Below are positions 16,164 through 24,302 of a stretch of DNA of 64,000 nt, in pieces (within the stretch, counting starts at the first letter, position 1; the number at the start of each line of letters is the position of its first letter). The stretch is taken from positions 31,348 to 95,347 of the forward strand of contig DAOUDE010000074.1 of NCBI GenBank assembly GCA_034431475.1. The letters run 5' to 3'. The stretch is from Thermomicrobiales bacterium. GTDB taxonomy: Bacteria > Chloroflexota > Chloroflexia > Thermomicrobiales > UBA6265. A program made the position numbers and the translations under genes. The notes beneath the pieces were generated by a model. That model did no database searches. It had not been told where the DNA came from and was given only the letters and a program-made list of their open reading frames with translations.

Positions 16164-17383
16164 GCGGCGCTCTCGGCTGGGATCACCTGCCCAGCGGAAA
16201 CCTGGATGACCGGGAGGTGCGCAAGCTCGGGCGCATCCAGATCACTCAAATCCGTAGCGGTCACGCAAACCTGCGCGGGGCGCATCGCGATCGCTTCGAC
16301 GACCAGGCGGCGGTGACGCTGATCCAGCTCCGAGAGAACATCATCCAGGAGCAGCACTGGCGGCTCACCAGCACCACCTTGCAGCAGATCCACCTCGGCC
16401 AGCTTGGTGGCGACCAGTGCCAGCCGCTGCTGCCCGCGAGAACCAAATCTACCCAGGTCAACACCGTCGACTCGAAAGACGAGATCGTCACGGTGCGGAC
16501 CCACCGAAGTCACCCCACGTCGCAGTTCCTCCGCTCGCGCATTGCTCAGAGCACGCGCGAACTGAGCGGCTATCGTTTGCTGAACTCTGGTCATCTGCGG
16601 TTCATCGTGAGGCCCGCCAGTTGGCAAGCGGTCGATTGCCGTCAGGCGATGAGGTTGGTAAGCAATCTCGAGCGTCTCGATCCCTGTCAGGCGCGCGAAA
16701 TGCTCGCGTGCGAGGGCGTCCAGGCCGGCGACGTAAATGGCCCGTTCGGAGAGCACGATTGTCGCGGCCGAGATGAGTTCACTGTCCCAGAACGGGAGCT
16801 CCTGGGCGGCTCGTCGCACCGCCGCGCTGCCTGCCTCACGTGCCAGCGAGCGCAAGAGACCGTTTCGCTGCTCGAGAACGCGCGTGAACCGGGAGAGTCC
16901 TCGCAGATACGTGCGACGTGCCTGGCTGATGGCAAGATCGAGGAAGCGCCGTCTGCCGCCGGGGGGGCCGGAGAGAAGCTCAACGTCGTCTGGTGAAAAG
17001 AGGACGGTCTTGAACTGCCCGACGACATCGATGGCCCTGGCGGGCTGATCATCGAGCTGGACGCTCTTCTTGATGCCGCTTCGTCCGTGCTCGTCGATCG
17101 CCAGGCCGATAGCCACTGAGTGGACCCCGTCGGTTCTGGTGAACTCTCCGCGCAACCTGGCGTAGGGAGACAGACCAAACGCAACGCCACTCTCCCAATT
17201 TGCAAGTTCTCGCTCCGAGGAGGTTCGGGGCGAACGAGTCGTCGCCAGCATGGCGATCGCTTCCATCAAGGTGGACTTGCCGCTCGCATTGCTACCAACC
17301 GCGCGGAACCCGGCCGGGGCTACCTCCAGACGCAGCGACCGAAACGAGCGGAACTCATCGAGCTCAAGTAGACGGAGATGCAC
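16160..17383 (-). CDS. recF: DNA replication and repair protein RecF
   Basis: 407 aa; FRSFRSL...GSNASGKSTLMEAI Walker A, signature GSRGQQRLALVA, Walker B VLLLDDVLSELD. Confidence 0.95.
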   Translation of the reverse strand: MHLRLLELDEFRSFRSLRLEVAPAGFRAVGSNASGKSTLMEAIAMLATTRSPRTSSERELANWESGVAFGLSPYARLRGEFTRTDGVHSVAIGLAIDEHGRSGIKKSVQLDDQPARAIDVVGQFKTVLFSPDDVELLSGPPGGRRRFLDLAISQARRTYLRGLSRFTRVLEQRNGLLRSLAREAGSAAVRRAAQELPFWDSELISAATIVLSERAIYVAGLDALAREHFARLTGIETLEIAYQPHRLTAIDRLPTGGPHDEPQMTRVQQTIAAQFARALSNARAEELRRGVTSVGPHRDDLVFRVDGVDLGRFGSRGQQRLALVATKLAEVDLLQGGAGEPPVLLLDDVLSELDQRHRRLVVEAIAMRPAQVCVTATDLSDLDAPELAHLPVIQVSAGQVIPAESAA

Positions 17384-17398
17384 AAGAGAAGTCAGGCG

Positions 17399-18541
17399 CT
17401 AGTTCGCGCCGATGACCATCGGCATGATCACGTAGGTGTAATCCGTCGATTCCAGCGGGCGCAGCACGCCGGCCTGGTTCGACCCATTCATACCGAGCAC
17501 TACGCGGCCGGTCCGCAGCACACTCAGGACATCAAGGAGATAGCGTGAGTTGAATGCGATCTGTCCTTCTGGCCCATTCACTGCCGCAGACATTTCGCTC
17601 TGGCTGCTTCCCCGTTCCGCTGCTGTCGCCGAGACCTGCACCTGACCCGGCGCAAGCTCATCCGCGCTCACCTTGGCGCCAATTCGCACCACATCATTAT
17701 TGTCGCGTGCAAAGAACCCGGCGCGGCGGACGGCCGTGAGAAATTCCTCACGGCTAAGCTCGATTTCTGTCGCAAACTCCCGAGGAATGATCTGCCGGAA
17801 ATCCGGGAACGTGCCATCGATGAGCCGGGATGAAAAGGTCGTATCCCCGGTGGAGACAACGAGTTGTCCCCTGTTTGGGGTGACGGTCAGTTCGACCGGT
17901 TCTGTGCGGTCCCCCAGGATACGGGAAAGCTCACGCATGGCTCTGGCTGGCACAATGATGTCCAGGCGCTCCGTCACCGGGGCCGCAAGCTGACCTTCAC
18001 GCACGGCCAACCGGAAGCCATCAGCCGAAGCCATCGTCAGGCGGTCATCATCGAACCGAATCAGGACTCCAGCCAGAACTGGCCGACTGTCATCGGAAGC
18101 TGCGGCGAACTCGACCAGTCCAATCATCTCTCGCAGAATCTGAGGATCAACCGTCGCAGTGTATCCCCCAGCTTCTGGTTGCGGCATGAGCGGAAATTCG
18201 TCCGCATCGATGCCGTTGATTTCTGCGTCGGCGCCCAGGCCCTGCACCTTGAGCACCAGGCGGCCCTGGTCATTGGAGAGGCGCACTGGCTCGGCCGGAA
18301 GCGTGTTCACGAACTCGGACAGCAACCGGGCATCCACCGTCATCCGGCCCTGCTCGGTCACCTGTGCGGGAATGGAGGTGGAAATCCCGATCTCCTGGTT
18401 CGTGGCAGCGAGCTTGAGTGAGTCTCCTTCCGCTTCAATGAGGACATTGCTGAGCACCGGGTAGGTTGTTTTGGTGGCAACAGCGCGACTGACCTGGCTC
18501 AACGAGCGCTGCAACAGGTCTTGAGGAGCTGAAACATCCAC
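17399..18541 (-). CDS. dnaN: DNA polymerase III beta sliding clamp
   Basis: 380 aa; three-domain clamp pattern, ends ...YTYVIMPMVIGAN. GTG start with GGGAG 10 nt upstream. Confidence 0.96.
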   Translation of the reverse strand: MDVSAPQDLLQRSLSQVSRAVATKTTYPVLSNVLIEAEGDSLKLAATNQEIGISTSIPAQVTEQGRMTVDARLLSEFVNTLPAEPVRLSNDQGRLVLKVQGLGADAEINGIDADEFPLMPQPEAGGYTATVDPQILREMIGLVEFAAASDDSRPVLAGVLIRFDDDRLTMASADGFRLAVREGQLAAPVTERLDIIVPARAMRELSRILGDRTEPVELTVTPNRGQLVVSTGDTTFSSRLIDGTFPDFRQIIPREFATEIELSREEFLTAVRRAGFFARDNNDVVRIGAKVSADELAPGQVQVSATAAERGSSQSEMSAAVNGPEGQIAFNSRYLLDVLSVLRTGRVVLGMNGSNQAGVLRPLESTDYTYVIMPMVIGAN

Positions 18542-18587
18542 CCTGAACCACTCCCGCTACGATGCTGTACGGACACTCCGGGCGGCG

Positions 18588-18596
18588 AGTATAGCA
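18588..18596 (-). promoter_or_regulatory. extended -10 element (TGcTATACT) upstream of dnaN
   Basis: Minus strand TGCTATACT; would give a leader of about 40 nt. No good -35. Confidence 0.35.
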
Positions 18597-18676
18597 TTGC
18601 CTTTCCCTAGTCTCCGGACGCCAATCTTTGGCGGCTGGTTGGTCGAGCACTTTCCTGCTTCCCGATCCGTGACACC

Positions 18677-18723
18677 TTGACATGCAGAACACGTGTTCTA
18701 TACTTCGTTCAGAACAAAAGTTC
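18677..18723 (+). promoter_or_regulatory. consensus promoter overlapped by two LexA (Cheo-type) SOS boxes
   Basis: TTGACA 18677-18682, 16-nt spacer, TATACT 18699-18704. Box 1 is GAACACGTGTTC at 18687-18698. Box 2 is GAACAAAAGTTC at 18712-18723. Both carry identical CAGAAC/GTTCTA flanks. Confidence 0.75.
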
Positions 18724-18743
18724 TAAACGCTCGGAGGTTGGGC

Positions 18744-19364
18744 ATGAGCGCAGTTGAAACATTCGAGCCGGCAAAGTTCCTGACACGGGTGAACGGCTCT
18801 GAGTATCTCGAAGTGAAGTGGCGTCTCGTTTGGCTGCGGGATCGTCATCCGGAAGCTCAGGTGGAAACCGAGCTTGTGAGCCACCATGGCGATACCGCGG
18901 TCTTTCGCGCCCGTGTGGCCATTCCGGACGGCGGGTCCGCGACCGGCTGGGGCAGCGAGTCTGCCGGCGATTTTCGTGACTATCTGGAGAAGGCCGAAAC
19001 CAAGGCCATTGGCCGTGCCCTTGCCGCGCTGGGCTTCGGCACGCAGTTCTGTCCCGATCATGAGTTCGGCGCGATGGCCGGGCGCGTCGTCGATGCGCCG
19101 GTGAAGGTGAGCCGCTTCTCTCGCGGGCAGCAAAATGATGAGCGGCCGGCCGCAGTGGCTCCTGCGCCGGAGCAAGCGGCTACGCAGCGCCAGTTGCGCT
19201 ACATGCAGGCCGTGGCGCGCGAGGCCGGGTTCGATGCCCAGGCACTCGATGAGCTGGCTACCAGGGAATTTGGCGGTCCGGCGATGTCCTTGAGCCGCCG
19301 CGATGCCTCGGCGTTGATTGACCTGATCCAGAACCAGCAGGCTGAGGTTCCCCTGGCGTCCTAG
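18744..19364 (+). CDS. SOS-box-controlled protein with Rad52/Sak/DdrA-like single-strand-annealing signature (function inferred)
   Basis: ATG 18744 six nt after GGAGG (18733-18737); the track ORF starts upstream at GTG 18693 inside the promoter. YLEVKWRLVWLRDRHP...YLEKAETKAIGRALAALGFG resembles the Rad52-family KxAx(S/T)xAxxRAxxxxG(F/I)G motif. High GC3. Confidence 0.6.
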   Translation: MSAVETFEPAKFLTRVNGSEYLEVKWRLVWLRDRHPEAQVETELVSHHGDTAVFRARVAIPDGGSATGWGSESAGDFRDYLEKAETKAIGRALAALGFGTQFCPDHEFGAMAGRVVDAPVKVSRFSRGQQNDERPAAVAPAPEQAATQRQLRYMQAVAREAGFDAQALDELATREFGGPAMSLSRRDASALIDLIQNQQAEVPLAS

Positions 19365-19378
19365 GCGCCACCAGGAAA

Positions 19379-19606
19379 ATGGAGGTCGCTGTGGCTCGAA
19401 CAACGAAGAAGAAGGCAGCCCCTGTGGCGGAGGTCAGCGTGCTGCAGGAGCGCCGAGCGGCGCTGCGAGGCCGACTTGATGACGGGTACAGGCGTATCGA
19501 GGAGGCCGAGTTGGCCGGCGCCGATGTCGCTGAGTGGGAAGCCTTCTGGTTCAAGTTGCTCCACGAGTATGAGGATGTCTGCCGCGAGCTCGATCAGGCC
19601 GCCTGA
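19379..19606 (+). CDS. small charged helical hypothetical protein, second gene of the SOS-box operon
   Basis: 75 aa (71 aa if GTG 19391, which has GGAGG 5 nt upstream). High GC3. Followed by a hairpin terminator. Confidence 0.55.
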   Translation: MEVAVARTTKKKAAPVAEVSVLQERRAALRGRLDDGYRRIEEAELAGADVAEWEAFWFKLLHEYEDVCRELDQAA

Positions 19607-19624
19607 CAGGTACGGCGTTACAAG

Positions 19625-19665
19625 GCAGGAGGGGCCATGCCGGTTTCCAGCATGGCCCCTCCTGC
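19625..19665 (+). terminator. hairpin terminator
   Basis: GCAGGAGGGGCCATGC-CGGTTTCCA-GCATGGCCCCTCCTGC, a 16-bp stem between convergent genes. Confidence 0.65.
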
Positions 19666-19681
19666 TTGGCGTACGTTTCCG

Positions 19682-20389
19682 CTAAGAGGCCGAGATCGTG
19701 ACCTTCTCGACGGTGATCGGCTCGTTCGGCGTAGAGTTTTCGCCTGACCGGCCGACCGAGGTCGGCGTGTTGGCAATGGCGTCCACCACATCCAGGCCCT
19801 CGGTCACTTTGCCAAAGATGGTGTAGTTCTTCGGGAGCTTGCCGCGTAGGTCATCCAGCACCACAAAGAACTGGCTGCCGTTCGTGTTCGGGCCCGCATT
19901 GGCCATTGCGAGAGTGCCACGCTCATAGTCGCGGGCAACTGGCTCGTCGTTGAACTTGTAGCCGGGGCCGCCCATGCCTGTGCCGGTCGGGTCACCACCC
20001 TGGATAACGAATCCCTTTACGATGCGGTGGAACGGCGTTCCATCGTAGTAGCCGTCGTCGGCCAGGCACACGAAGTTATTGACGGTGTTCGGTGCATCCG
20101 CCGGGAACAGCTCGGCGGTTATCGTGCCCTTGTTCGTTTCAATTGTTGCGGTGTAGGTCTTCGCCGGGTCGATCTTCATCGCCGGCGCTTGCGCGTACTG
20201 CTTGCCCAATGTTGGATCCTCCATGACCTGGTCAGCCGCCCAACAGTTCAATGCCGTGGGCGACGCTTCGGGGGTTGACTGCGCCGAGACATTGGCGCTC
20301 AGTCCAGCACCGAGCAAGATCACTGCCACAGCGCCGGTGAGCCCGCCAAACCGTGCGCCCCGGGTTCGTGCGAAATTCACTCCTGCCAT
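19682..20389 (-). CDS. ppiB: secreted cyclophilin-type peptidyl-prolyl cis-trans isomerase
   Basis: 235 aa; signal-like N-terminus; FHRIVKGFVIQGGDPTGTGMGGPGYKFNDE and GTLAMANAGPNTNGSQFF. Confidence 0.93.
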   Translation of the reverse strand: MAGVNFARTRGARFGGLTGAVAVILLGAGLSANVSAQSTPEASPTALNCWAADQVMEDPTLGKQYAQAPAMKIDPAKTYTATIETNKGTITAELFPADAPNTVNNFVCLADDGYYDGTPFHRIVKGFVIQGGDPTGTGMGGPGYKFNDEPVARDYERGTLAMANAGPNTNGSQFFVVLDDLRGKLPKNYTIFGKVTEGLDVVDAIANTPTSVGRSGENSTPNEPITVEKVTISAS

Positions 20390-20399
20390 CCTCTGCCTT

Positions 20400-21470
20400 T
20401 CACCGGATAAGCATCGCGTCTCCGAACGAGAAGAACCGGTACCGTCGCCTCACAGCCTCAGCGTATGCACGCAAGATAGCCTCTCGCCCGGCCAGAGCGC
20501 TGACCAGCATGAGCAGCGTTGACCGAGGCAGATGGAAATTGGTCAGCAGCGCGTCCACGATCTTCCAGTCGTGACCCGGCACGATGAACTCGCCAGTCAT
20601 GCCGGAAAAGCCCTGTGGCTCGTCGTCATTCCACGTTCTGCCCAGGGTCTCGAGCGTCCGCGCGGCCGTGGTGCCGACAGCGACCACGCGGTTGCCACGC
20701 CGGCGGCACGCGGCGATCTCTACGGCCGTCGCTTGTGAGACCTCACACCACTCCTGATGGATATGATGCTCGGCCACATCTTCGACCGCGACTGGTCGAA
20801 ACGTATCCAGGCCAACGTGCAAGGTCACCTCGGTCCACCCAATACCGCACGCATGCAACTGCGATACCAGATCCTCCGTGAAATGAAGCCCAGCGGTGGG
20901 AGCCGCTGCCGAACCTGCTCGCGTGGCGTAGACCGTCTGGTAGCGCTCTTCGTCCTCAAGTCGCTCCATGATGTAGGGAGGCAACGGCGCCACGCCGTAG
21001 TCGGAGAGACGGGTATCGGCATCATCCTCGAACCGAACCGTAATCTCCCCTTCACCGCGTTGCGAAAGCACCTCCGCTATTGCCGGGTCGACGCCAGGCG
21101 CGCGCGAAGGAATCACGAGACGCTCTCCAGGCCGGAGCTTGCGAGCTGGCCGAGCCAGCGCACTCCACCCGCTGCTTTCCTGGCGCAGGAGCAGCAGCTC
21201 GACGCCGCCGCCGGTTGCTTCACGATGGCCGTACAGCCGCGCGGGTATCACCCGGCTGTTGTTGGCAACCAGGAGATCCCCCGTGGTCAGAAAATCGGGC
21301 AAACTGGAAAACGCGGCGTGCGTGACTTCCCCGCTCGTTCTGGACAGGACAAGGAGTCGGGAGGCGTCGCGCCGGTCGAGGGGAGTTTGCGCGATGAGCT
21401 CATGCGGCAGGTCGTAGTCGAAATCTGAGGTGCGCAATCGGCCCAGAGCAGATGGCTGACGTTCCGTCAC
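20400..21470 (-). CDS. queA: tRNA preQ1(34) S-adenosylmethionine ribosyltransferase-isomerase
   Basis: [19 protein letters not shown]-terminus, PLPPYI motif. Start set at GTG 21468-21470, which forms a GTGA overlap with the ruvB stop. Confidence 0.92.
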   Translation of the reverse strand: MTERQPSALGRLRTSDFDYDLPHELIAQTPLDRRDASRLLVLSRTSGEVTHAAFSSLPDFLTTGDLLVANNSRVIPARLYGHREATGGGVELLLLRQESSGWSALARPARKLRPGERLVIPSRAPGVDPAIAEVLSQRGEGEITVRFEDDADTRLSDYGVAPLPPYIMERLEDEERYQTVYATRAGSAAAPTAGLHFTEDLVSQLHACGIGWTEVTLHVGLDTFRPVAVEDVAEHHIHQEWCEVSQATAVEIAACRRRGNRVVAVGTTAARTLETLGRTWNDDEPQGFSGMTGEFIVPGHDWKIVDALLTNFHLPRSTLLMLVSALAGREAILRAYAEAVRRRYRFFSFGDAMLIR

Positions 21471-22552
21471 TCCTGATCCACGCCGAAGAGCGCCCACTGC
21501 TGCGCGGCGGGCATCGGTGGCTCGAGCCCCAGGTGCGCGTACGCCCCTTCCGTCGCCATGCGGCCGCGCGGCGTACGTTGCAGGAACCCGAGTTTGATCA
21601 GGTATGGCTCGTAGACATCCATCACCGTGTCGGTCTCTTCGCTGATTGCTGCCGCCAGCGTGTCGATACCAACCGGCCCGCCACCGAACTTCTCGACAAT
21701 CGCAACAAGGATGCGCCGGTCGATATCGTCCAGCCCGAGTTCGTCGATGTCCAGCATGGCAAGCGCTTCGGACGCAATGTCATCCGTAATTGCGCCCTCG
21801 CCTCGGACCTCCGCGAAATCCCGAGCGCGTCGCAGCAACCGGTTCGCAACCCGGGGCGTTCCTCGGGCACGTACGGCCAATGCGCGCGCGCCCTCCTGGG
21901 AAATTGGCACGCCCAGCACGTCGGCGGAACGGGTCACAATCTCTTCCATAGCGGCATCGCTGTAGAAATCGAGGCGCAGCACCGAACCAAACCGGTCTCG
22001 CAACGGACCGGTCAGCAGCGCGAGCCGGGTGGTCGCCCCCACCAGGGTAAAGTGCGGCAGGTTGATTCGCATTGTGCGCGCTGCCGGACCCTTGCCCAGC
22101 ACGATATCGACCGCGTAATCCTCCATCGCCGAGTACAGAATCTCTTCCACCGCCCGGTTGAGCCGGTGGATCTCATCGATGAAGAGCACATCACCTGGTT
22201 TGAGGTTGGTCAGGATCGAAACGAGATCTCCCTGCCGCTCGACTGCCGGGCCTGACGTGATGCGCAAGCTCACGCCCATTTCGGCGGCGATGATCGTGGC
22301 GAGGGTGGTCTTCCCAAGCCCAGGCGGCCCATAGAAGAGGACGTGGTCGAGCGTTTCACCGCGTCGCTGTGCCGCCTCGATGTACACCTGCAGCGTGTCC
22401 TTCACCCGCTCCTGGCCGATATATTCAGCCAGCCGGCGTGGGCGCAAACTCCGCTCGATCGGCGCGTCCTCCGGCGTTACGCGCGGCGAAACGTCCCGCT
22501 CGACGGGTGATGACTGACGGCTGCTGCGAATGGCGGATGAGGGCTGCGACAT
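21467..22552 (-). CDS. ruvB: Holliday junction branch migration helicase RuvB
   Basis: [19 protein letters not shown], Walker [12 protein letters not shown], Walker [10 protein letters not shown]. Start at ATG 22550-22552 (MSQPSSAI...). Confidence 0.96.
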   Translation of the reverse strand: MSQPSSAIRSSRQSSPVERDVSPRVTPEDAPIERSLRPRRLAEYIGQERVKDTLQVYIEAAQRRGETLDHVLFYGPPGLGKTTLATIIAAEMGVSLRITSGPAVERQGDLVSILTNLKPGDVLFIDEIHRLNRAVEEILYSAMEDYAVDIVLGKGPAARTMRINLPHFTLVGATTRLALLTGPLRDRFGSVLRLDFYSDAAMEEIVTRSADVLGVPISQEGARALAVRARGTPRVANRLLRRARDFAEVRGEGAITDDIASEALAMLDIDELGLDDIDRRILVAIVEKFGGGPVGIDTLAAAISEETDTVMDVYEPYLIKLGFLQRTPRGRMATEGAYAHLGLEPPMPAAQQWALFGVDQE

Positions 22553-22558
22553 GCCGCG

Positions 22559-22587
22559 AGTATAGCAGAAGTTCAGCACACATGTTC
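22559..22587 (-). promoter_or_regulatory. extended -10 (TGcTATACT) six nt from the ruvB ATG, plus a one-mismatch LexA-like box
   Basis: Minus strand GAACATGTGTGC (22587-22576), then TGCTATACT (-10 at 22564-22559), then CGCGGC, then ATG. Confidence 0.4.
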
Positions 22588-22603
22588 TGAAATAATGCGT
22601 GGA

Positions 22604-23503
22604 TCAGGAAGTCGATCGTGGCGGCTGATCGCGGCTGGGCACCGCATCTGGGCGAATCTTGAAATTGAACTTCGAGCGGAACGCTTCATAGAAGTTCATG
22701 GAATCGAAGGTCACCAGCCGGAAGGCCACGTTGCTCTTGGATACGCGCACCACATCCCACTGCCGCAGGTGACGCAGTTCCCGGCCATCGAGGGTGAGCA
22801 CCGCATCATGATCGTTCGTGACGATCATCTCGATCGTCGCTTCCTCGGAAACCACGAATGGTGTTCTGATCGGGCTGTGACAGGAGATGGGCACAATTGC
22901 GAACCCCTTCACCCCCGCCGTCAGGATCGGACCGCCAGCAGCCATGCCGTACGCCGTGCTGCCGTGAGGCGTCGCCACGATCATCCCGTCTCCGGGGTAG
23001 GTGTTCACGTAGTGGCCATCGATGTAAATCTCGATATCCACCATCCGTCCGCCAGACCGCACCACCACGTCGTTGATGGCAATGCCCTCGGGAAATTGCT
23101 GCTGCCCTCGCACGAGCATGGCCTGCAGCGTCGCGCCTTCCTGGAGACGGTAGTCACCGGTCATCAGCGCGTGAATGGCGTGCTCCCAGTCCCGGCGCTC
23201 AACAAGCGCCAGGAAGCCCACATTGCCAAAATTGATACCCAGCAGGGGGATGCCTGGGTAGGCATTTGCCGCCCGCATCATCAACCCGTCGCCACCGAGC
23301 ACCACGATGGCATCGGCTGCCGGTTCGCCGTTCCCGCCCAGCTCGGATTCCGGCACCACAGTCGCCCCGGCCTCCTGGAGCGCAGCGGCGACGGCTGGCG
23401 CAAGCTCCTGAGCCTGGTCCTTGCTGCGCGCGGCCACCAGCCCGACCCGGGCCGGTACGACGTGACGGTGGTCTGGGGCCACCTCGGGAAGCACGCTCGT
23501 CAT
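22604..23503 (-). CDS. nadK: NAD kinase
   Basis: ORF 22604..23863 trimmed to MTSVLPEV (ATG 23501-23503). VVLGGDGLMMRAAN and NFGNVGFLA motifs. ATGA overlap with the upstream gene. Confidence 0.93.
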   Translation of the reverse strand: MTSVLPEVAPDHRHVVPARVGLVAARSKDQAQELAPAVAAALQEAGATVVPESELGGNGEPAADAIVVLGGDGLMMRAANAYPGIPLLGINFGNVGFLALVERRDWEHAIHALMTGDYRLQEGATLQAMLVRGQQQFPEGIAINDVVVRSGGRMVDIEIYIDGHYVNTYPGDGMIVATPHGSTAYGMAAGGPILTAGVKGFAIVPISCHSPIRTPFVVSEEATIEMIVTNDHDAVLTLDGRELRHLRQWDVVRVSKSNVAFRLVTFDSMNFYEAFRSKFNFKIRPDAVPSRDQPPRSTS

Positions 23504-24204
23504 GGTCTGGCTGATTCTCCATCTGGTGCAGGCGCCCATACGGGCGTCAGGTACGTATCCGCATCGTGCACAGCGCGGAACCGGTAAAGTCGCGCGGGCC
23601 GATGACTCCCCTCGCGCCGCGTCTCTCTTGTGGCGTCCAGGATTTCTGCCGTCTGAATGCGCCGCCGAAAGTTGCGCTTGTCCAGCTCGCGCCCCAACAC
23701 AATCTCGTAAACCTGCTGCAACTCGCTCAGGGAGAACGTCGTGGGCAAGAGGTGGAACGCAATCGTGGTATAGCCGAGCTTCGCTCGCAGTCGCACGAGG
23801 GCGTAGTCCACGATTCTGGCATCTATCTGGGAAATCTCTGGCATTGCCTGGGCCTGCTGCCACGCGGCTCCTGGCAAACTGGCAGTCAATGCACCTGCGT
23901 CCGCGATACCGAGGTATGAAATGAGGACCGAAGGAACCGCGGCGTCCTCGATGGCAAGCGAATACAACTGCTCGATGTAGCGATGCTCAATACCCAGTTG
24001 CTCTCGCAGGGCACGTAACGCCGCGGCGTCCAGCGACTCCCCCTGATGCAGATTGACGCTAGGCAGCCCCCAACGCTCCTGCACCTGCGCGACCGCGACC
24101 CAGAGCTCTCCCTGGTGGATGGCGAACAGCACGAGCCGCACGTCGATGGCCGAGTGCTGCACAATTGCTCTGTTTCCCGGCTGCGAAGCTGATTCCAGCG
24201 CCAT
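23500..24204 (-). CDS. nrtR: NrtR-like regulator (degenerate Nudix domain plus C-terminal winged-helix domain)
   Basis: 234 aa; Nudix box reduced to GESLDAAALRALREQLGIE. C-terminal FSLSELQQVYEIVLGRELDKRNFRRRI...RPARLYRF is typical of NrtR-family DNA-binding domains. Confidence 0.7.
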   Translation of the reverse strand: MALESASQPGNRAIVQHSAIDVRLVLFAIHQGELWVAVAQVQERWGLPSVNLHQGESLDAAALRALREQLGIEHRYIEQLYSLAIEDAAVPSVLISYLGIADAGALTASLPGAAWQQAQAMPEISQIDARIVDYALVRLRAKLGYTTIAFHLLPTTFSLSELQQVYEIVLGRELDKRNFRRRIQTAEILDATRETRREGSHRPARLYRFRAVHDADTYLTPVWAPAPDGESARP

Positions 24205-24259
24205 TCTTCACCCGGATGACTGCCGCTGCATCCGTTCAATGTCCACAGGGCTTGCGAGG

Positions 24260-24279
24260 CACTGGCAGTGTAAGCACTG
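24260..24279 (-). promoter_or_regulatory. overlapping CACTG/CAGTG palindromes upstream of nrtR (candidate operator)
   Basis: Plus strand CACTG-g-CAGTG-taag-CACTG, located 56-75 nt upstream of the nrtR ATG. Confidence 0.3.
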
Positions 24280-24302
24280 GCGTGGAGCGCAACAAACCTG
24301 GC

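Noticed and set aside
18542-18676. oriC / DnaA boxes next to dnaN
   Set aside because: No TTATCCACA-like 9-mers and no AT-rich unwinding element. The region is explained by the dnaN extended -10 promoter and the divergent SOS promoter.
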